A stretch of DNA of 64,000 bases from Fonticula alba ATCC 38817 (lineage: Eukaryota > Protista > Nucleariida). This document shows positions 35,071-48,007 of this stretch, piece after piece (positions within the stretch are counted from its first letter, which is position 1; each line of letters starts with the position of its first letter). The DNA is taken from NCBI GenBank assembly GCA_000388065.2, contig KB932206.1. One strand, 5' to 3'. The position numbers and the translations under genes were made by a program. The notes under the pieces were generated by a model. It was given only the letters and a program-made list of their open reading frames with translations, was not told where the DNA came from and ran no database searches.

Positions 35071-35912
35071 GCGAGCAAGAACAGCATGTTATGGGGCGAG
35101 GGGGAACATACAGAGCGGCGACAATAAATGGCGAAGAGAGGGGGGGAGGAGTCGGAGAGGACCAGCCTTGATCCGACGGATGACGTTCTGAAAGAGGAGG
35201 AGGTCGCGAGTCAATATACGCATGTGCAGAGATGTGTATGTGCGTGTGTGTGTGTGTGTGTGTGCATGCGCGCGAACAGAGTGGCAGAGGCGAGGCAGAG
35301 ACAGGGCAGTGGGAGGCGGGGGCAGGTCGTACAGGCTGCGGCCTAATCAGACGGCGAGGGGGGAGAGGAGCAGGAGGGCAGGCAGGGATGGGGGAGAGGG
35401 GCCTGGTGCGAGTGTCGGGAGAGAGGGGCTTCCGTCTGCCGGAGGGGTGTTATTTGTAGCTCACAGCCACTGAGACCTCCCCCCCCCCCCCTCCCCTCCC
35501 TCGTTTCTCTCTCTCTCTCTCTCTCTCCAAAACACAGGACAGGGAGGTCAGGACGCGGCGAGCCCCGCGATCTCCCCGCTCCTCCCCCGGCTGCACGCCA
35601 CTTTCCCGGCGGCAAATCGGCCCCGCAGGCTGGGGGCTTGCAGCGCCCTTGTGCCGCCTCTCGCCCAGCAGCGGGAGCAGGGGCCCAGGGGCGGGTGTTG
35701 GGGGAAGCGCGGAGCACCACCACCACCCCGGGGGGGGGGGGGAGCGGGGGGCCGGCAGGTCGCGCGATCAGCCTGGCAGGGTACGGCCCGGAGTGGCGCG
35801 GGGTGGCGCGCTCGGCGTCGAACAAACCGGGCCGCACCCGGGTGCCCCCCTCCGAGTCCGTGTGCGTGTGTGTGTATCATGTAGTTCCTGCTACTGCCCC
35901 CCGACATACGCG

Positions 35913-35960
<48 letters not shown>

Positions 35961-36994
35961 CTCGAGCGCGGTGGCACCCTCTCGACATGAGACACACTAT
36001 CCTCGCGGCTCCGGCTGGTCCGGGTGCTGGGGGCCACTCTGGGGGCGATGGAAAGCGATTAGATTGCGTAATGGAAACCCGGCCCAGGGTGCGGGCCCCG
36101 ACAAGTGCGAGGAAAGGGGGCGGGGGCGACCGCGCGGCCGACCGACGAGAGCCCGCTGCCAGCCAATATCCTCGTTATTCCGGGCGTACCTGGGTCGGCC
36201 ATAACCGGGGACGCCCCCCTCCCCCGAACAGAAGCACGACCCCATGCCGGCGGATGCGAACGGTGAGAGCCCTCGAGGGACCGAGTCCTCGGCCAGGAGA
36301 CGGTGGGGACGAAGGTAGACCCTTGGACGCGCAGGCTCGGGCAGTCATGTCCGCAGAGCTGCGGGGGGAGGGGGGGGGGGNNNNNNNNNNNNNNNNNNNN
36401 NNNNNNNNNNNNNNNNNNNNNNNNNNNNNNTCGGGTGCGGCGACATGCGCGCCGAACGCGCCAGTCCACCGGCCCGCCGCTCCCGGGGGACGCGGGTGCC
36501 GTGGTGAAATCGCGCCCTCCCACGCCCCGCGCACCAATAGCCGACCACGGCCGGGTCGGCCAATAGGCGACGTGGAAATGCCGAAGCCGGTCAGGGCCGC
36601 GTACGCCCCCGGAGAGCTCCCATCCCCCTTCCCCCGGACAAGAACAGAGGGCATGTCCCGAACAACGGCGGCCGGGGAGGAGGGCCGGGCGGCGGCCGCC
36701 ACGTTGCCGAACACCAACTCTTGGCTCGTCGCAGGCTCGGGAGCGTGAAAGCCACCAAGGCTGAAAACGCCCCGAGGGGCGTGCTGTGTCTCCCCCCCCC
36801 CCCGCCCCCTTCACACGGGCACAGTGGGCGGACCGCCGGGCGAGCTGGGAGCGCCGTGGGGGGCGGCCCTCGTGGGGCGCCCGGCCTGCCGGCGGCCGGG
36901 CCTGGGGCCCAACCGGAGGGGGGAACTCCGGGTGCTCGGCTCTTGCACCGAAACGCGGCGTCCAAGAACACGCATGTCCCGCGCCCCGTGTGTC

Positions 36995-36996
<2 letters not shown>

Positions 36997-37046
<50 letters not shown>

Positions 37047-37053
37047 CACACAC
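36997..37053. repeat. (GCAC)n microsatellite
   Basis: Read directly. Confidence 0.9.
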
Positions 37054-37264
37054 ATGCACCTCCATGCACCTCCATGCACCTGCCTTCGTGTATTGGCCCA
37101 AAGGTGCAAAGGGGCCACCTTTCTCCGCCGGGCCCCCAGCGGCGGGCTCGGTGATTGGCTGCGGCACGATAATCGCCCCTTGGCCGCCCTGCCAGCCCAC
37201 GCCCCTCCCTCCCCACCGAAAGAGGACGTCGACGGTGTCAAAGGGCTTGCCCGGGGTCGGGGGT

Positions 37265-37296
<32 letters not shown>

Positions 37297-39770
37297 CCCG
37301 TTTCGAGGCGGCGGCCCGCCCCTCCCCCTGCTCCCTCCCACGCGGCCCCATCCGAGACAAGGCGGGACGCCTGACCCGGGTCAAAACGGGCTGATACACT
37401 CTCAGGTGAAATGTCTCGCTCGGCCCGGTCCTGCTGGAGATTTCGCTTCCGCCGGCCCCGCCTCCCCCGCCGCCGCCCCCTTCACAGCTCACCACCCACC
37501 ACGACAGGGGCGGCCTACCTGTTTACTCTAACTTGGTAGCCCCCCTTCGCCAAAGGGCCGCCGCCCCCAAAATCCGGATGAACTTGGGAGCCCGGCGACC
37601 CGCCCTCGACCGGTGGTTAAATTCGCGAACCCTTGAAACAAGCGCACATTTTCGGTATGGCCCGACCGAATGTACTAACGCCGCCGCTCCCTCTTGGGCC
37701 GCGCGACGGCCGGGAGGCTCGGGAGTCCGGACCGACACGCGACTGCCGAGCCCGGCGCCCCCGGAGGAGGGAGAGATCAATAAAAAAACGTGCAGCCCCA
37801 GCCGGCACGTGGCGGGATGCCAGCATCTTCAGGGGGCTCGTCGGAGCCCGCCTCGTTGCTTTTTGGANNNNNNNNNNNNNNNNNNNNNNNNNNNNNNNNN
37901 NNNNNNNNNNNNNNNNNNNNNNNNNNNNNNNNNNNNNNNNNNNNNNNNNNNNNNNNNNNNNNNNNNNNNNNNNNNNNNNNNNNNNNNNNNNNNNNNNNNN
38001 NNNNNNNNNNNNNNNNNNNNNNNNNNNNNNNNNNNNNNNNNNNNNNNNNNNNCCCCGCCGCTCGGGGAGGCGCTTTCGCGAATACCCAGCAATGCTACCG
38101 GGAAAGAGGCCCGGCCCAGGCGGTCAGTCGGTGCCAGCCGCCACACGTGCAGAGGCGCCCCCCCTCCCCGGTCTGGGAATGGCAACCGCCATACCGCCCC
38201 CCTCCCCCCCCCGGGCAACCGTGCGTTTATCCCTCCCACACACTGCACACCACCAACCCGTGTGCCGCGGCGATCAACCTTGCGCTATCCTGCGCCGCAG
38301 CACACAAGCCTCGGCACGGCGGCGCACGCCGGAGTACGGGGGAGTGCGGCCTGCGTTCTCTTGCCCCCGGGCTTGGGCCGGCGCGTCTTGCCCGCCCGCC
38401 CGTTGCCCCCAAGCGGCGCAGGAATGAGTAGCACTAACCCCACCACTGGCCCTACCCGGCTCCCACATGCTCTCCTACGTCTCCCCCCCCCCCCCCGACG
38501 TCGCCCACGGTTCTCACCAGCCGGGGCGGAATAGAAACTCGGGCCCTCCAGGGGCCCCCTACTCCGAGGGCCGATCGATGCGTTGGTATCCTGGCCCCCA
38601 AGGGGTGCCACTGTTTCATAGGGCCACTGTCGGGGCGTGATGTGTTTCAGTTACGCATAGGTCCTCGCGTGATGGCGGGGGCATCGCATGATTATGCCCC
38701 GGCGCCTCGGGGCGAGGGCCGGCTCGCTCGCGCGGCCACAGGCCGAACAGGTGCTCGTCGGGCAATGATCGGCCCCCGGGCGCGAGGGAGAAGCCGGGAT
38801 CAAGAAGGGGCAGGAAATGAGCCAGACCCAAAAGACCAGCTGGCCACCAAGAACACACACGCGGACCAGGAGGCGGGAAAGGCAGCGCTGGAGGGGGGGG
38901 GGGGGGGGCAAGGGTTGCTCGCCACGGGCTGTTTGCTTCTGCCAGAACCGAGTGTGCCTCCAGCCGGGCGAGGGGGGTGGGGACCCTGAGGAGAGCGCCA
39001 TTCCGCTCGTCGGCATGTTTGTACAAGGCCCTCCCCCCACGCGCCTCTGGGGGATATGCGCACATCCGAACGTGTGTGCCTGTGTGGTGCATGTCTGCAG
39101 AGGCATCGCCTCTTTTCGCCGGGGGGGAATTTCACATGCATCGAGGGCGCACAAAAAAAAGACCCCGCCACATGTTGCACAGAAAGGAAGGGCAAGAGAA
39201 AAGGGAAAGAGAGAGAGAGAGAGGTGTGTATTTTTCCCCGGGGGAACGGCATGTGTAGACAGACGGACGCAAATACTTGCGTCGGGATGATGGGGAGGGG
39301 GGGGGGGGGGCCGCACCGCGCACGCGAGCAGACTACACGCGTACATCGGAGGTGCGAGGCGCCGCGTGTGAGCGCCGGCCTCCCCCCCGCTGACGGTTGG
39401 TGGAGGGGGTGGAGAGGCGCGGCAAGCAACACACGCATGGGGGAGGGGGGACAAAGGTGGCACATGCTCGCTCGCGGAGCGACCACCCTTTTGTTGAGGG
39501 GAGAGGCGCGAAGAAGGGGAAGGACACCGCCGCCCCCTCCTCGCTGCTGGCCCCCTGCTTCTGAAGCTCCAGCCCTCGGTGCAATGACAGGAGGGGGAGG
39601 GGCCGCGAGGAGAGCAAGGAGAGCGAGAGAGGGGGAAAGAGCGGCGGCGTGCCGTGCGCTCTACAAGGCCTCGGCCCCGGTCCCCGGCCCGTATCCCGCC
39701 GGGATCACTCTCAAGCGCGCGTTCGCGCACACCCGCGGCAGATGGGGGGGGGCGTCATGGAAACGCGCAT

Positions 39771-41146
39771 TTAGGCCTTGCCGGACAGGGCCTCGGCGGC
39801 CTGGTCGACGAAGGGGCGGACGTAGGCGACGGCCTGGTCGACGACGGGCTTGGCCGCGGTGATGACCTTGGAAGCCAGAGGGCGGGAGTGGGTGGCGATG
39901 GCGGTGGCCGCAACATCGACGTAGGTGACGACAGTCGAGTTGAGGGTGGCGATGAGGTTCTGAGTGCAGCTCGGGGAGATGGACATGGCGAACAGCAGGA
40001 AGAGGCAAGCGTTGCCCATCATGTAGGAGAAGCCGCGGATGGCGAAGATGTTCATGCCGTAGCTGATCCAGTGGGAGACGCGGAGGAGGATGAACAGAAC
40101 CAGGAGGCTATTGGGGGGCATATGCATGTGTAGGGGGGAGGGACGAGGGGGGGGGGAGTGAGTATGGAAATGCGTGTGCGTGTGCGTGTGCGTGTATGTA
40201 TCTGTGCAGGGGTCTAGACGCATGGCCCGAGGATTGGCGAGGGGGGCGTACGTGTTGCGGACGTGGGCATCAACACCGGCGAGGCCGCTGGCGACAATGG
40301 CAGCAGTCAGAGCGGGGAGAGCCTCGAGGGCGTTCTCGTGGGCGGCTGCGTGTGCGTGTGTGACACCGGGGCGGGAGAGAGAGAGAGAGAGGAAGAAAGA
40401 ATGACAGACGAATGAAGACAAGACACACGCGAGTGGGCGAAAGGAGGGGGGACCAGCCATGTCAGTGTGATGGCAGGGGCGCGGCGAGGAGGGGCTGAGG
40501 GAGACAGGGAAGCAACAATACGCACACTGCAGGCGGAAGGCCACGGTGTTATGCTTGAGCTTGATGGCGCGGGGGGCGCTGCTGCTGATGGGCTGGTTGC
40601 AGAGGAAGGTGAAAATCTTGCAAGAAAGGAAGGTGGCCAGAGTCAGGCCCCAGGCAAGGCCGAGGACCAGAATGGGGATGGTCTCCTCCTCTGTGGGGAG
40701 GGAGGGGACGGGAGGGAGGGGACGGGAGGGAGAGGACGGGAGGGGCAGCGGCGGCAGCAGCGAAAGGACGAGCGGGTGGTGAGTATCATCTGCAGAAGGG
40801 GGGGGGGGGGGCGCGCGCGCGGAAAAGCGGCCAGCGTGAGCGTGGGGCAGTGGGGCGCGTACTGATGTGGAAGGTAGACAGGAGGCAGGGGATCACATGG
40901 AGGGCGATGAAGTCTGGGAGCCGGAGGCAGAGCAAGGAGCGCGCGGTCGAGGTCAGCAAGTGCAAGGCGCAGACGAAGGAACAGGGCAAGGCGAGGGCGC
41001 GGTCAGGCGCGTTCATGAGGCGGAGGGGAGGAGCGCGTGCGCGTGAGACACGTACTCTGGCGAACGATATAGACCACCAGCGAGAGAGAGGTGAGCATGA
41101 AGCCCGAGAAGAAGGTGACGAAGGCGAGGGCGGAGAAGAGACCCAT
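39771..41146 (-). CDS. MAPEG-family membrane protein with N- and C-terminal extensions
   Basis: Proposed exons 41146-41056, 40913-40863, 40690-40526, 40345-40252 and 40107-39771, all GT-AG and phase-compatible. They give APRA..FRLQ|SAHENALEALPALTAAIVA and LFILLRVSHWISYGMNIFAIRGFSY, matching the MAPEG pattern R-x-x-x-AH-x-N-x-x-E ... R-x-x-H ... R. Confidence 0.75.
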
Positions 41147-42282
41147 GGCGGCGCTGCGACTATCCGACAAGTCGATGCGATCGGGCGGGGGGACCGAACG
41201 AAAGGAGGCGAGAGGAGAGACGAGGGGAGGGACTTGGGGGCCGTGCCCCGGGGGTCGGGCTGAGCCCTGAAAAAGGCCGCCCCCGGCCCCGGGCCAGGCA
41301 CTCGGCCGGCGGGGAGTGCCCCCCCCCTGGGCGACACGGTCGCCCCGGGCGCCGGGAGGGGGGGGGGGGGGGGGCGCTCGTAGGGCCCCCTCTCCCCCCG
41401 CCCCGGCGGCTCCCGGGCCTGGGTATCTCTCTCCCCATACCTGAGAAGAAGGGCCCTTCGCCTTGCTCCCCCGCCCCCGCCCCCGGCCCCCGCCCCACCC
41501 CGGGACGCACACGCGCGCGCGCCCCTCCGGGTGGCGACCGGTAATAGGCTGCTCGGGAAATAATGCACCAGTTCACTGGAGGAGGGGCAGGGAGAACTCA
41601 TCACTCCGCGGCAGGGGGAGAGAGAGAGAGAGAGAGGCAGAGAGGCAGCGAGGGCCCGGAGGGCCGAAGTTCGCTAGTCCCCGCGGGGGCGGCTCGAGGT
41701 ACGGGGGTGGGGTGCCTGGCGCCTCCAGCACGCCTGGGCACGTACGTACGCACACACACACACACGGAGTGGGGGGGGGGGGGGGCCGCCAGAGGGAACC
41801 ACGCCCCGGGGGAGGGCGAGCCGCGGCGTGAGCTGACTCAGCCGGCCCGACCGCGGGGGGGGGGGGCTCGGGCGAGGGTGGGCGGAGACTAGGGCCATGT
41901 TTCCCTGCTTTCCGGGGTCCAGGCAGACGTGCGGAGGTGGCGCCCGCGCCGGGCCGGGCCCCCGACTCCGGCGGGTGCCCGAGCCTTCGAGCACACACAC
42001 ACACACTCCCAGAGCGGGTCATCTGCGCTGGCGGCGCTCTCCCAGACCCGAGCCAGTTTCTTGACTGAACACGGGGGGCGACGCGGGCGGGGGGGCGACG
42101 GGCGAAGGCGGGGGTCCCAGAACAGCGGGCAAGAGATCAGTCCCCTCCGCCCCCCTCCCCCGGCCTGTTCTCCCGCGTTTGCGAGTCTCCCCTGCGCGAA
42201 ACTCTCTCGTCACGAATATGTACGGTCCAGCTTCAAGGGGGCTGGCTCGCCGGACAAATATAAAAGTATCTGGTGGCCGTTA

Positions 42283-42298
42283 TTTATTCCTGTTTATT
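42283..42298 (-). terminator. Two AATAAA polyadenylation signals, probably for ERD2
   Basis: Plus-strand TTTATT at 42283-42288 and 42293-42298 in an AT-rich island about 930 nt downstream of the ERD2 stop. Confidence 0.4.
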
Positions 42299-43227
42299 TC
42301 ATGACCGGGAGAGCGGGGGGGGGGGGGGGGGGGGGCCTGGGGGGGGAGGACCACCGCAGACACATGCGCCCCGCCTGTGCATGCGTGCAGGCTCAGACTC
42401 ATGGACCCGACTCATCCAAGGCCGTCCGGCGGCTCGAAGCTGCTGGAAGGTCCGGCCCGAACGCCGATGCCGACATGTCTCGCCCACTTTCGCGTGCATG
42501 TACATGTGTGCACATGTGTGTGTGTGTGTGTGTGTGAATAATGTGTGCGCTCCCGCATGCATGCCGAAGCCAGCCCCCTCCGCCGGGGAACCTGTCAAAC
42601 ACCGGAGCGCCGGCGGACGCCCGGCCGGCTCGGCGCGCGGCCGAGCGAGGTGCGGCGCGGGCAGGCGTCCTCCGGGCGTGCTCTGTCGCGTAGACACACA
42701 CAGCTGGCTAGCATGCCCCCCCCCCCCCCCCATGCCCGCCCCGATTGGTGGCTGATGTGCCCGTTGCGCGTCTGGGCCTGCGCCCGGGGAAAGGCGTGCA
42801 CAGGCCGGCCGCTTTCATGCGAGACGCCCCGAGGGGCGAACAGGATCGCACGTGATCCCCGGATCATACCGACGGCCGAGAAGACTAGACGCCGGGCAGG
42901 GGGAGGGGGGAATGGGGGCGAAGAGGACAGAACAAAGGCCCGAGGAGCTAGCATGTATTTGCAGGGAGAGGGGGGGGGGGGGGGGGCCCCGGTGCTGGGC
43001 CGCCCGCGGGTGTGCTTTTCCTCTCACAATCTACTTCTCCGCTGCCTGTGGACACTCTCTCCTTGCCCTCTCTTCGGCCGGCCGCAGGCACGATCTTGAC
43101 TTGGCCACACACACACACACACACACGGAGGGATAGCACACGCGCACGCATAGACACAGACACACGCAAGAGAGGGACAATATCGGCGACGGTGTTGGGG
43201 GGCAGGGGTACAAGGAGGTTTCCAGCC

Positions 43228-44438
43228 TCAGTTGGGCAGGGCAAAGCGCTTGCCCTTGAGCACACTGGGGGGGGGGAGGGGCGAGGAGGAAGGAGAGGTC
43301 CCCAGTCACAGGGCCCAGCATGCACAGAGGCGCCCGGGCGGATGGTTCGGTTGAGGGTCAGGTCGGAAGTCAGTTCGTGTGTGCGAAGAAAAAGCGAGGC
43401 CCTATGGCCACTGGCGCCAGGATGTGAGCACATGCGTGCGCGCGAGCGAGCAAACGCACCGCGTGACGTAGATGTAGAAGAAGTCCGCATACAGGACGGT
43501 TTGAATGAGCCCGGCGCAGGTGGCGATCGGGTCCCAGTACCCCTCGGACATGTAGCGCACCAGCCAGTTGACCAAATACAGAGCGCGATAGGCTCCGAGC
43601 GCGCAGAGGTAGTGCGGGGTGATGGTGGCAATGGCCTCCGGGGTGGAGGAGGTGATGCGCTGGAGCTGGAACAGCTGGGGCAGGATGGCCACCGACTCGA
43701 GATAGATACTGAAGGTCCAGAGAATCTAGTTTGGACCGGGGAAGGCGAGGAGGCGGGCGGGCGGGCGAGTGTGTACGTATGCATATACATATATATATAT
43801 GTATGCATGTTGAAAGGGAGGGGGGCAGATAGAAGGATGGGGAGACACCAAGCGCCAAGGGTCAGCATGGGGTTTCTCTTGCGCCCCGAGAGCGCCGGCA
43901 TGTGCACGGTGGCAAGTAGCGCCCTCCGGCTGCGCACCTCCGATAGAGAGAACTCGTAGTTGAAGATGAGTGCAAGGACGGCCGACGGCACGAGGGCCAT
44001 CAGCACCGGGAAGTAGTCCAACTCGCGGTCATACGTGGCCTTGTGCTTGCGGCTGTGGTTACACATGGAAGCGGGTCAGTCACCGACATGGGGCACAGGC
44101 CCGAGGCGGAGGGAGTGGCAGGCAGAGGGGGGGGCACGGGTGCCTGCGCGAGCGCGGGCCACCCCGGCAAACCGGTCGGCGATCGACCGCCACAAAGCGC
44201 ACCCGATCAGGTAGCACGTCCATCCGGTCAGTGCGATGAAGGTGACCTTCATGACCGTGTTGTAGACACTGATGAACCGCCAAAACAGGTCCAGGTACCG
44301 GCAGCTGTATGTCAGCAGGAAGAGCAGCTGGCTCTTCAGCGACAGGCCAGCCACCGACTTGGACTTGACGATCTTCAGAATCAGCAAGCATATCGCCAGC
44401 AAGTGGGCCATATCGGCCAGCAGTCGGAAGATGTTCAT
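43228..44438 (-). CDS. ERD2: ER lumen protein-retaining (KDEL/HDEL) receptor ERD2
   Basis: Exons 44438-44203, 44052-43938, 43725-43460 and 43264-43228. [82 protein letters not shown]. Confidence 0.97.
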
Positions 44439-45745
44439 CTTGCAATGCACGCGAGGAGGGCGAGGCGCGGCGAGAAAGAGGCAAGCAGAGGGGCAAGCGC
44501 TTTGAAGAGGATGGGGCCGTCCTCACCGCTGGGATTGGCCGAGGGAAGAGGCGACGCGCTGGAAGTGAGTCGGCGAGCTGGGAAAGGAGAGAGGGTGGAT
44601 GGGTGGATGAATGGATGGATGTGTGTGTGTGTGTGTGCGGAGAGGGAGGGGGGTACAGGGGGGCTTGGGCGCGCGGTGGGCAGGACGAAAGACAGGAGCA
44701 GTGAGTGGAGGGCTGTGGGGTCGGGTGGCCGGCGCTCGCGGCCTTGGGGGCCGCCCACGCGCGCTTCAATGTGCCTCGCCGATTGGGGCATCTCGGGCTG
44801 GGGACCTCCCGGCAAGGGGCCGAAGGACGCCGGCGCGCGGGGATCCGCGCCTCGTCCGGGGCGGGGTCCATGGAGAGTCGGCAAGGGAGCTCTCCGCCTC
44901 CTCCTCCATTGCTCCCGCTGCCCCCCTGGGCTTGGGGGACGGCAGCTTCCTCTGCCCAATGTACGGGGACGGTAGCATCTAGTTAAGGGGTGGTGTCAGC
45001 GGAGAGAAAGGGGGCACTTCGCCGCCATTCCGGCGGCTGCTGCTGCCGGGCTCTGGGCGGGGGATCGGCCGCCCGCTCCGCCCGTAGCCCGTCACCGGGC
45101 ACGCATCGCCCGCGGTCCTGGGGGGAAGGGGGGGGGGGGGGACACCATCCGTCTGGGCAGGAGAGTAGAAGCCTGCGCCTCGTCCGGAGAAAATCGCGAG
45201 CCCCGCCAAGGCGGAAGTTAGCTTCCCACTCTCGCGCGCAGCCCGCGAGAGGGTTGTGCCAAGAGGAGAAACTGACAAAGCACGCGAACGGACCAGAGAG
45301 CCCATCGAGGGGTCGCCCGCACGAGAATGCCAGCCCGGGAAGGGTCCCGGGAAATGTCCCCCCCACCCCCCACCCCCCGGCCCTGTGTCCTCCCAGCCAG
45401 GAGTTGGCCCCGTCCAGGGAGGGCGGCGATCTGGCGCCGGTGACAAAATGCCCCGGCGACGTTCTCACAGGCCGCCATAGGTTGGCACTCACCAAGCGGT
45501 GGCACTTGGTCCTCTGTGCTCGCACGGCCCTTCTGATAGATCGCTCCCGAGCCCTCGGTTGTTCTCCTGTGGGCCCGGCCCGCCGAGAGAGGGGGGGGGG
45601 GGGGGNNNNNNNNNNNNNNNNNNNNNNNNNNNNNNNNNNNNNNNNNNNNNNNNNNNNNNNNNNNNNNNNNCCCCCCCCGCCATCGCCCGCCTCGCACCGC
45701 CGCCATCGCCCCCAATCTCCCCCGTGGCCCTCTCCTCCTCCTCCA

Positions 45746-46938
45746 ATGAGCCAACACTTTATCCCGCCGGTCGTACGTACTTCCCCATGCTCCGTCGTGC
45801 CCTGCCCTTCCCCTTTCCCCCCCCAGTGGCACGGCCACATTCCGGGCGCAATCATGTCTCACCCGCATACCCAGAATTTCGGCCACGTTGACGAGGGGAT
45901 CTACCGGTCCGGCCTGGCGACGGAGGCCAATTTCCCTTTCCTGGCGACCCTCAATCTGAGGGCGGTCATCTACCTGTCCTCCGACGAGCCGCCCCTGTCC
46001 TTGTGCGTTTGTGTCTCGGCACCCCCTCTCACCTCGCCCTCGCCCTCGCCAGGCGTGTCGCTGCCCTGAAAGTGCGTCCCCCTGCGTCTGACACTGACCT
46101 TGGGCCACTCACCCGCTCGCTTGCTCGCTCGCTTGCTCGCTCGCTCGCTCCCATCAGCCGCACCTTCCTGTCCGACCGCCAGATCCAGTTCCTTCCGCTG
46201 TGCAATGAGTCGCACCCCTGGTCGTCATCATTGCCACATAGGCCGGGCCCTGAGCTCGCCGGGGCCGGGAACCCCGGGCTCATGTTGCCTGGTCAGGTGC
46301 CCCGCCGGCCTGGAGGCATCCCCGGCGACCTGGGCGCCGGTGCCTCGTCGATGCCTGTGGCGGGCCCGACGGGCACCGCCTCGCCACCGATGGCCAGCAC
46401 CACTGGAACCGATGATATGGAGCCGCCGCTGGCAGATCACCCGCCGGCGCACCCGCCTGGCACGCCGGCACAGCCCCCGCCGGCTGCCATCCCGGCCACC
46501 GGGCCCACCAGTGTCGACATCGGTCCCGACAGCTTCCTCCGGTTGAGCCTGCAGAATGACCACCTCCGGCAGCGGGCTCCCTCGACCTCCAATTCGGATC
46601 CTCCCCCCGAGGAGGTCGTGGTCCAGGCCTTGGCCTTTCTCCTGCGGCCGGAGTCCCGCCCGGTCCTGCTGATGTGCCAGCCGGGCCGGCACCGGACCGG
46701 CGCCGTGGTGGCCTGCCTGCGCAAGGTCCAGCGGTGGAACCTGACCAGCATCCTGGAGGAGTATCGTCGGTATGCCGGGGCCCGGGTCCGGCCGTTGCAT
46801 GAGCAGTTCATCGAGCTCTTCGACACGGATCTCATCAGCGCCCCGGCCCCGGCTCTGGGGCTCCTGGAAGGGACCACATCCCACGGGGGCGGGTCTCCGC
46901 CAGCCAGTGCCTCCTCCCCGCCGACCCTCGGCAAATAA
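45746..46938 (+). CDS. OCA1/SIW14-type (PFA-DSP) tyrosine/inositol-pyrophosphate phosphatase-family protein
   Basis: Exons 45746-45772, 45875-46002 and 46158-46938. FIPPV|[31 protein letters not shown]-loop CQPGRHRTG (C-x5-R), [31 protein letters not shown]. Confidence 0.9.
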
Positions 46939-46974
46939 TCAGATCGCCTCTTTTTGTCTGTCCCTCGCGAATTC

Positions 46975-47170
<196 letters not shown>

Positions 47171-48007
47171 TGTGGAGGGATGGGCGTGGGTGTGGGCGTG
47201 TGGCTGGATGCGGGCATTTGGTGTGTTCCTTCAGCCTCCAGCACCCGTAGCAGCACTGGCAAAAGGCCGGGAACGGCCATGTTGTTTCCTGGGCCGCCCC
47301 CCTCCTAGGCACTAGTAAATGTGGGACATGCCGCGGCTGGCCGCTGTGTTTTTATTTTGTCCCACCCCTTCCGGGGGCAGCTGGAGCCCAGCGGGGCAGG
47401 GGCGCTCTGGCGCGGGCGCATATTACCCTGCCCATCTTTGGCAGCCAGTGACTGGGTATCCATGCCCCCCCCCCGCCCCCCCGCCCCCGCCCCCTGGGCC
47501 TGTGGCCCGGGCGGTCGCACGCCCTCGCCTAGGCTCGCGACAGGCACGGGGGCGTGAAAATAGGACAGACCTTTTGCCGCCAGTCGAGTAGTCCCAGACC
47601 AGTCGGTGTCGGCCTGCCCCCNNNNNNNNNNNNNNNNNNNNNNNNNNNNNNNNNCCCCCCCGGAGGACGCGGGCGCCTGGCGTTCCACGTCCCCTCGGCG
47701 GCCCAAGGACGGGAGATCCCTCACCGATCTCTGGCCGCCGATGCAAGACCCGTCAGGTCTCGGTTCACACCCAGGGCGGGGAGGCATTTTAGCCACCACC
47801 CTCCAGCTGGCCACCCTCCGGCCGGGATCCATCCTCCTTCTCGCAGCATTCGCCCATGTACCTCACCCTCGGCCCCGCTTGTCAACCTTTTTTGTCCGGG
47901 TTCCCCCCTATCCAGCCTCTTGCCCTGCATTAACATCCAAGTCACACGGAATCGCAGCCTGCCTCTTCCCTCCCCCCTTTCGTCCAGCCATCCCCGCACA
48001 TACCACC

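Noticed and set aside
35011-37053. (GCGT)n and (GCAC)n tracts forming an apparent inverted repeat about 2 kb apart (TIR-like)
   Set aside because: Both are ubiquitous simple repeats in this window. There is no unique terminal sequence, TSD or transposase between them.
37380-38700. Lower-GC patches with TACTAAC and short hairpins (possible snRNA/snoRNA/tRNA)
   Set aside because: No U1/U2/U4/U5/U6 signature, no paired C/D or H/ACA boxes and no tRNA A/B boxes or cloverleaf were recognisable. An Infernal/Rfam scan would be needed to exclude them fully.
1-44438. Apparent clustering of ER-related genes (glucosidase II, PAP2, MAPEG, ERD2)
   Set aside because: They are interspersed with unrelated genes on both strands and share no regulatory motif that I could see, so chance co-location is sufficient.
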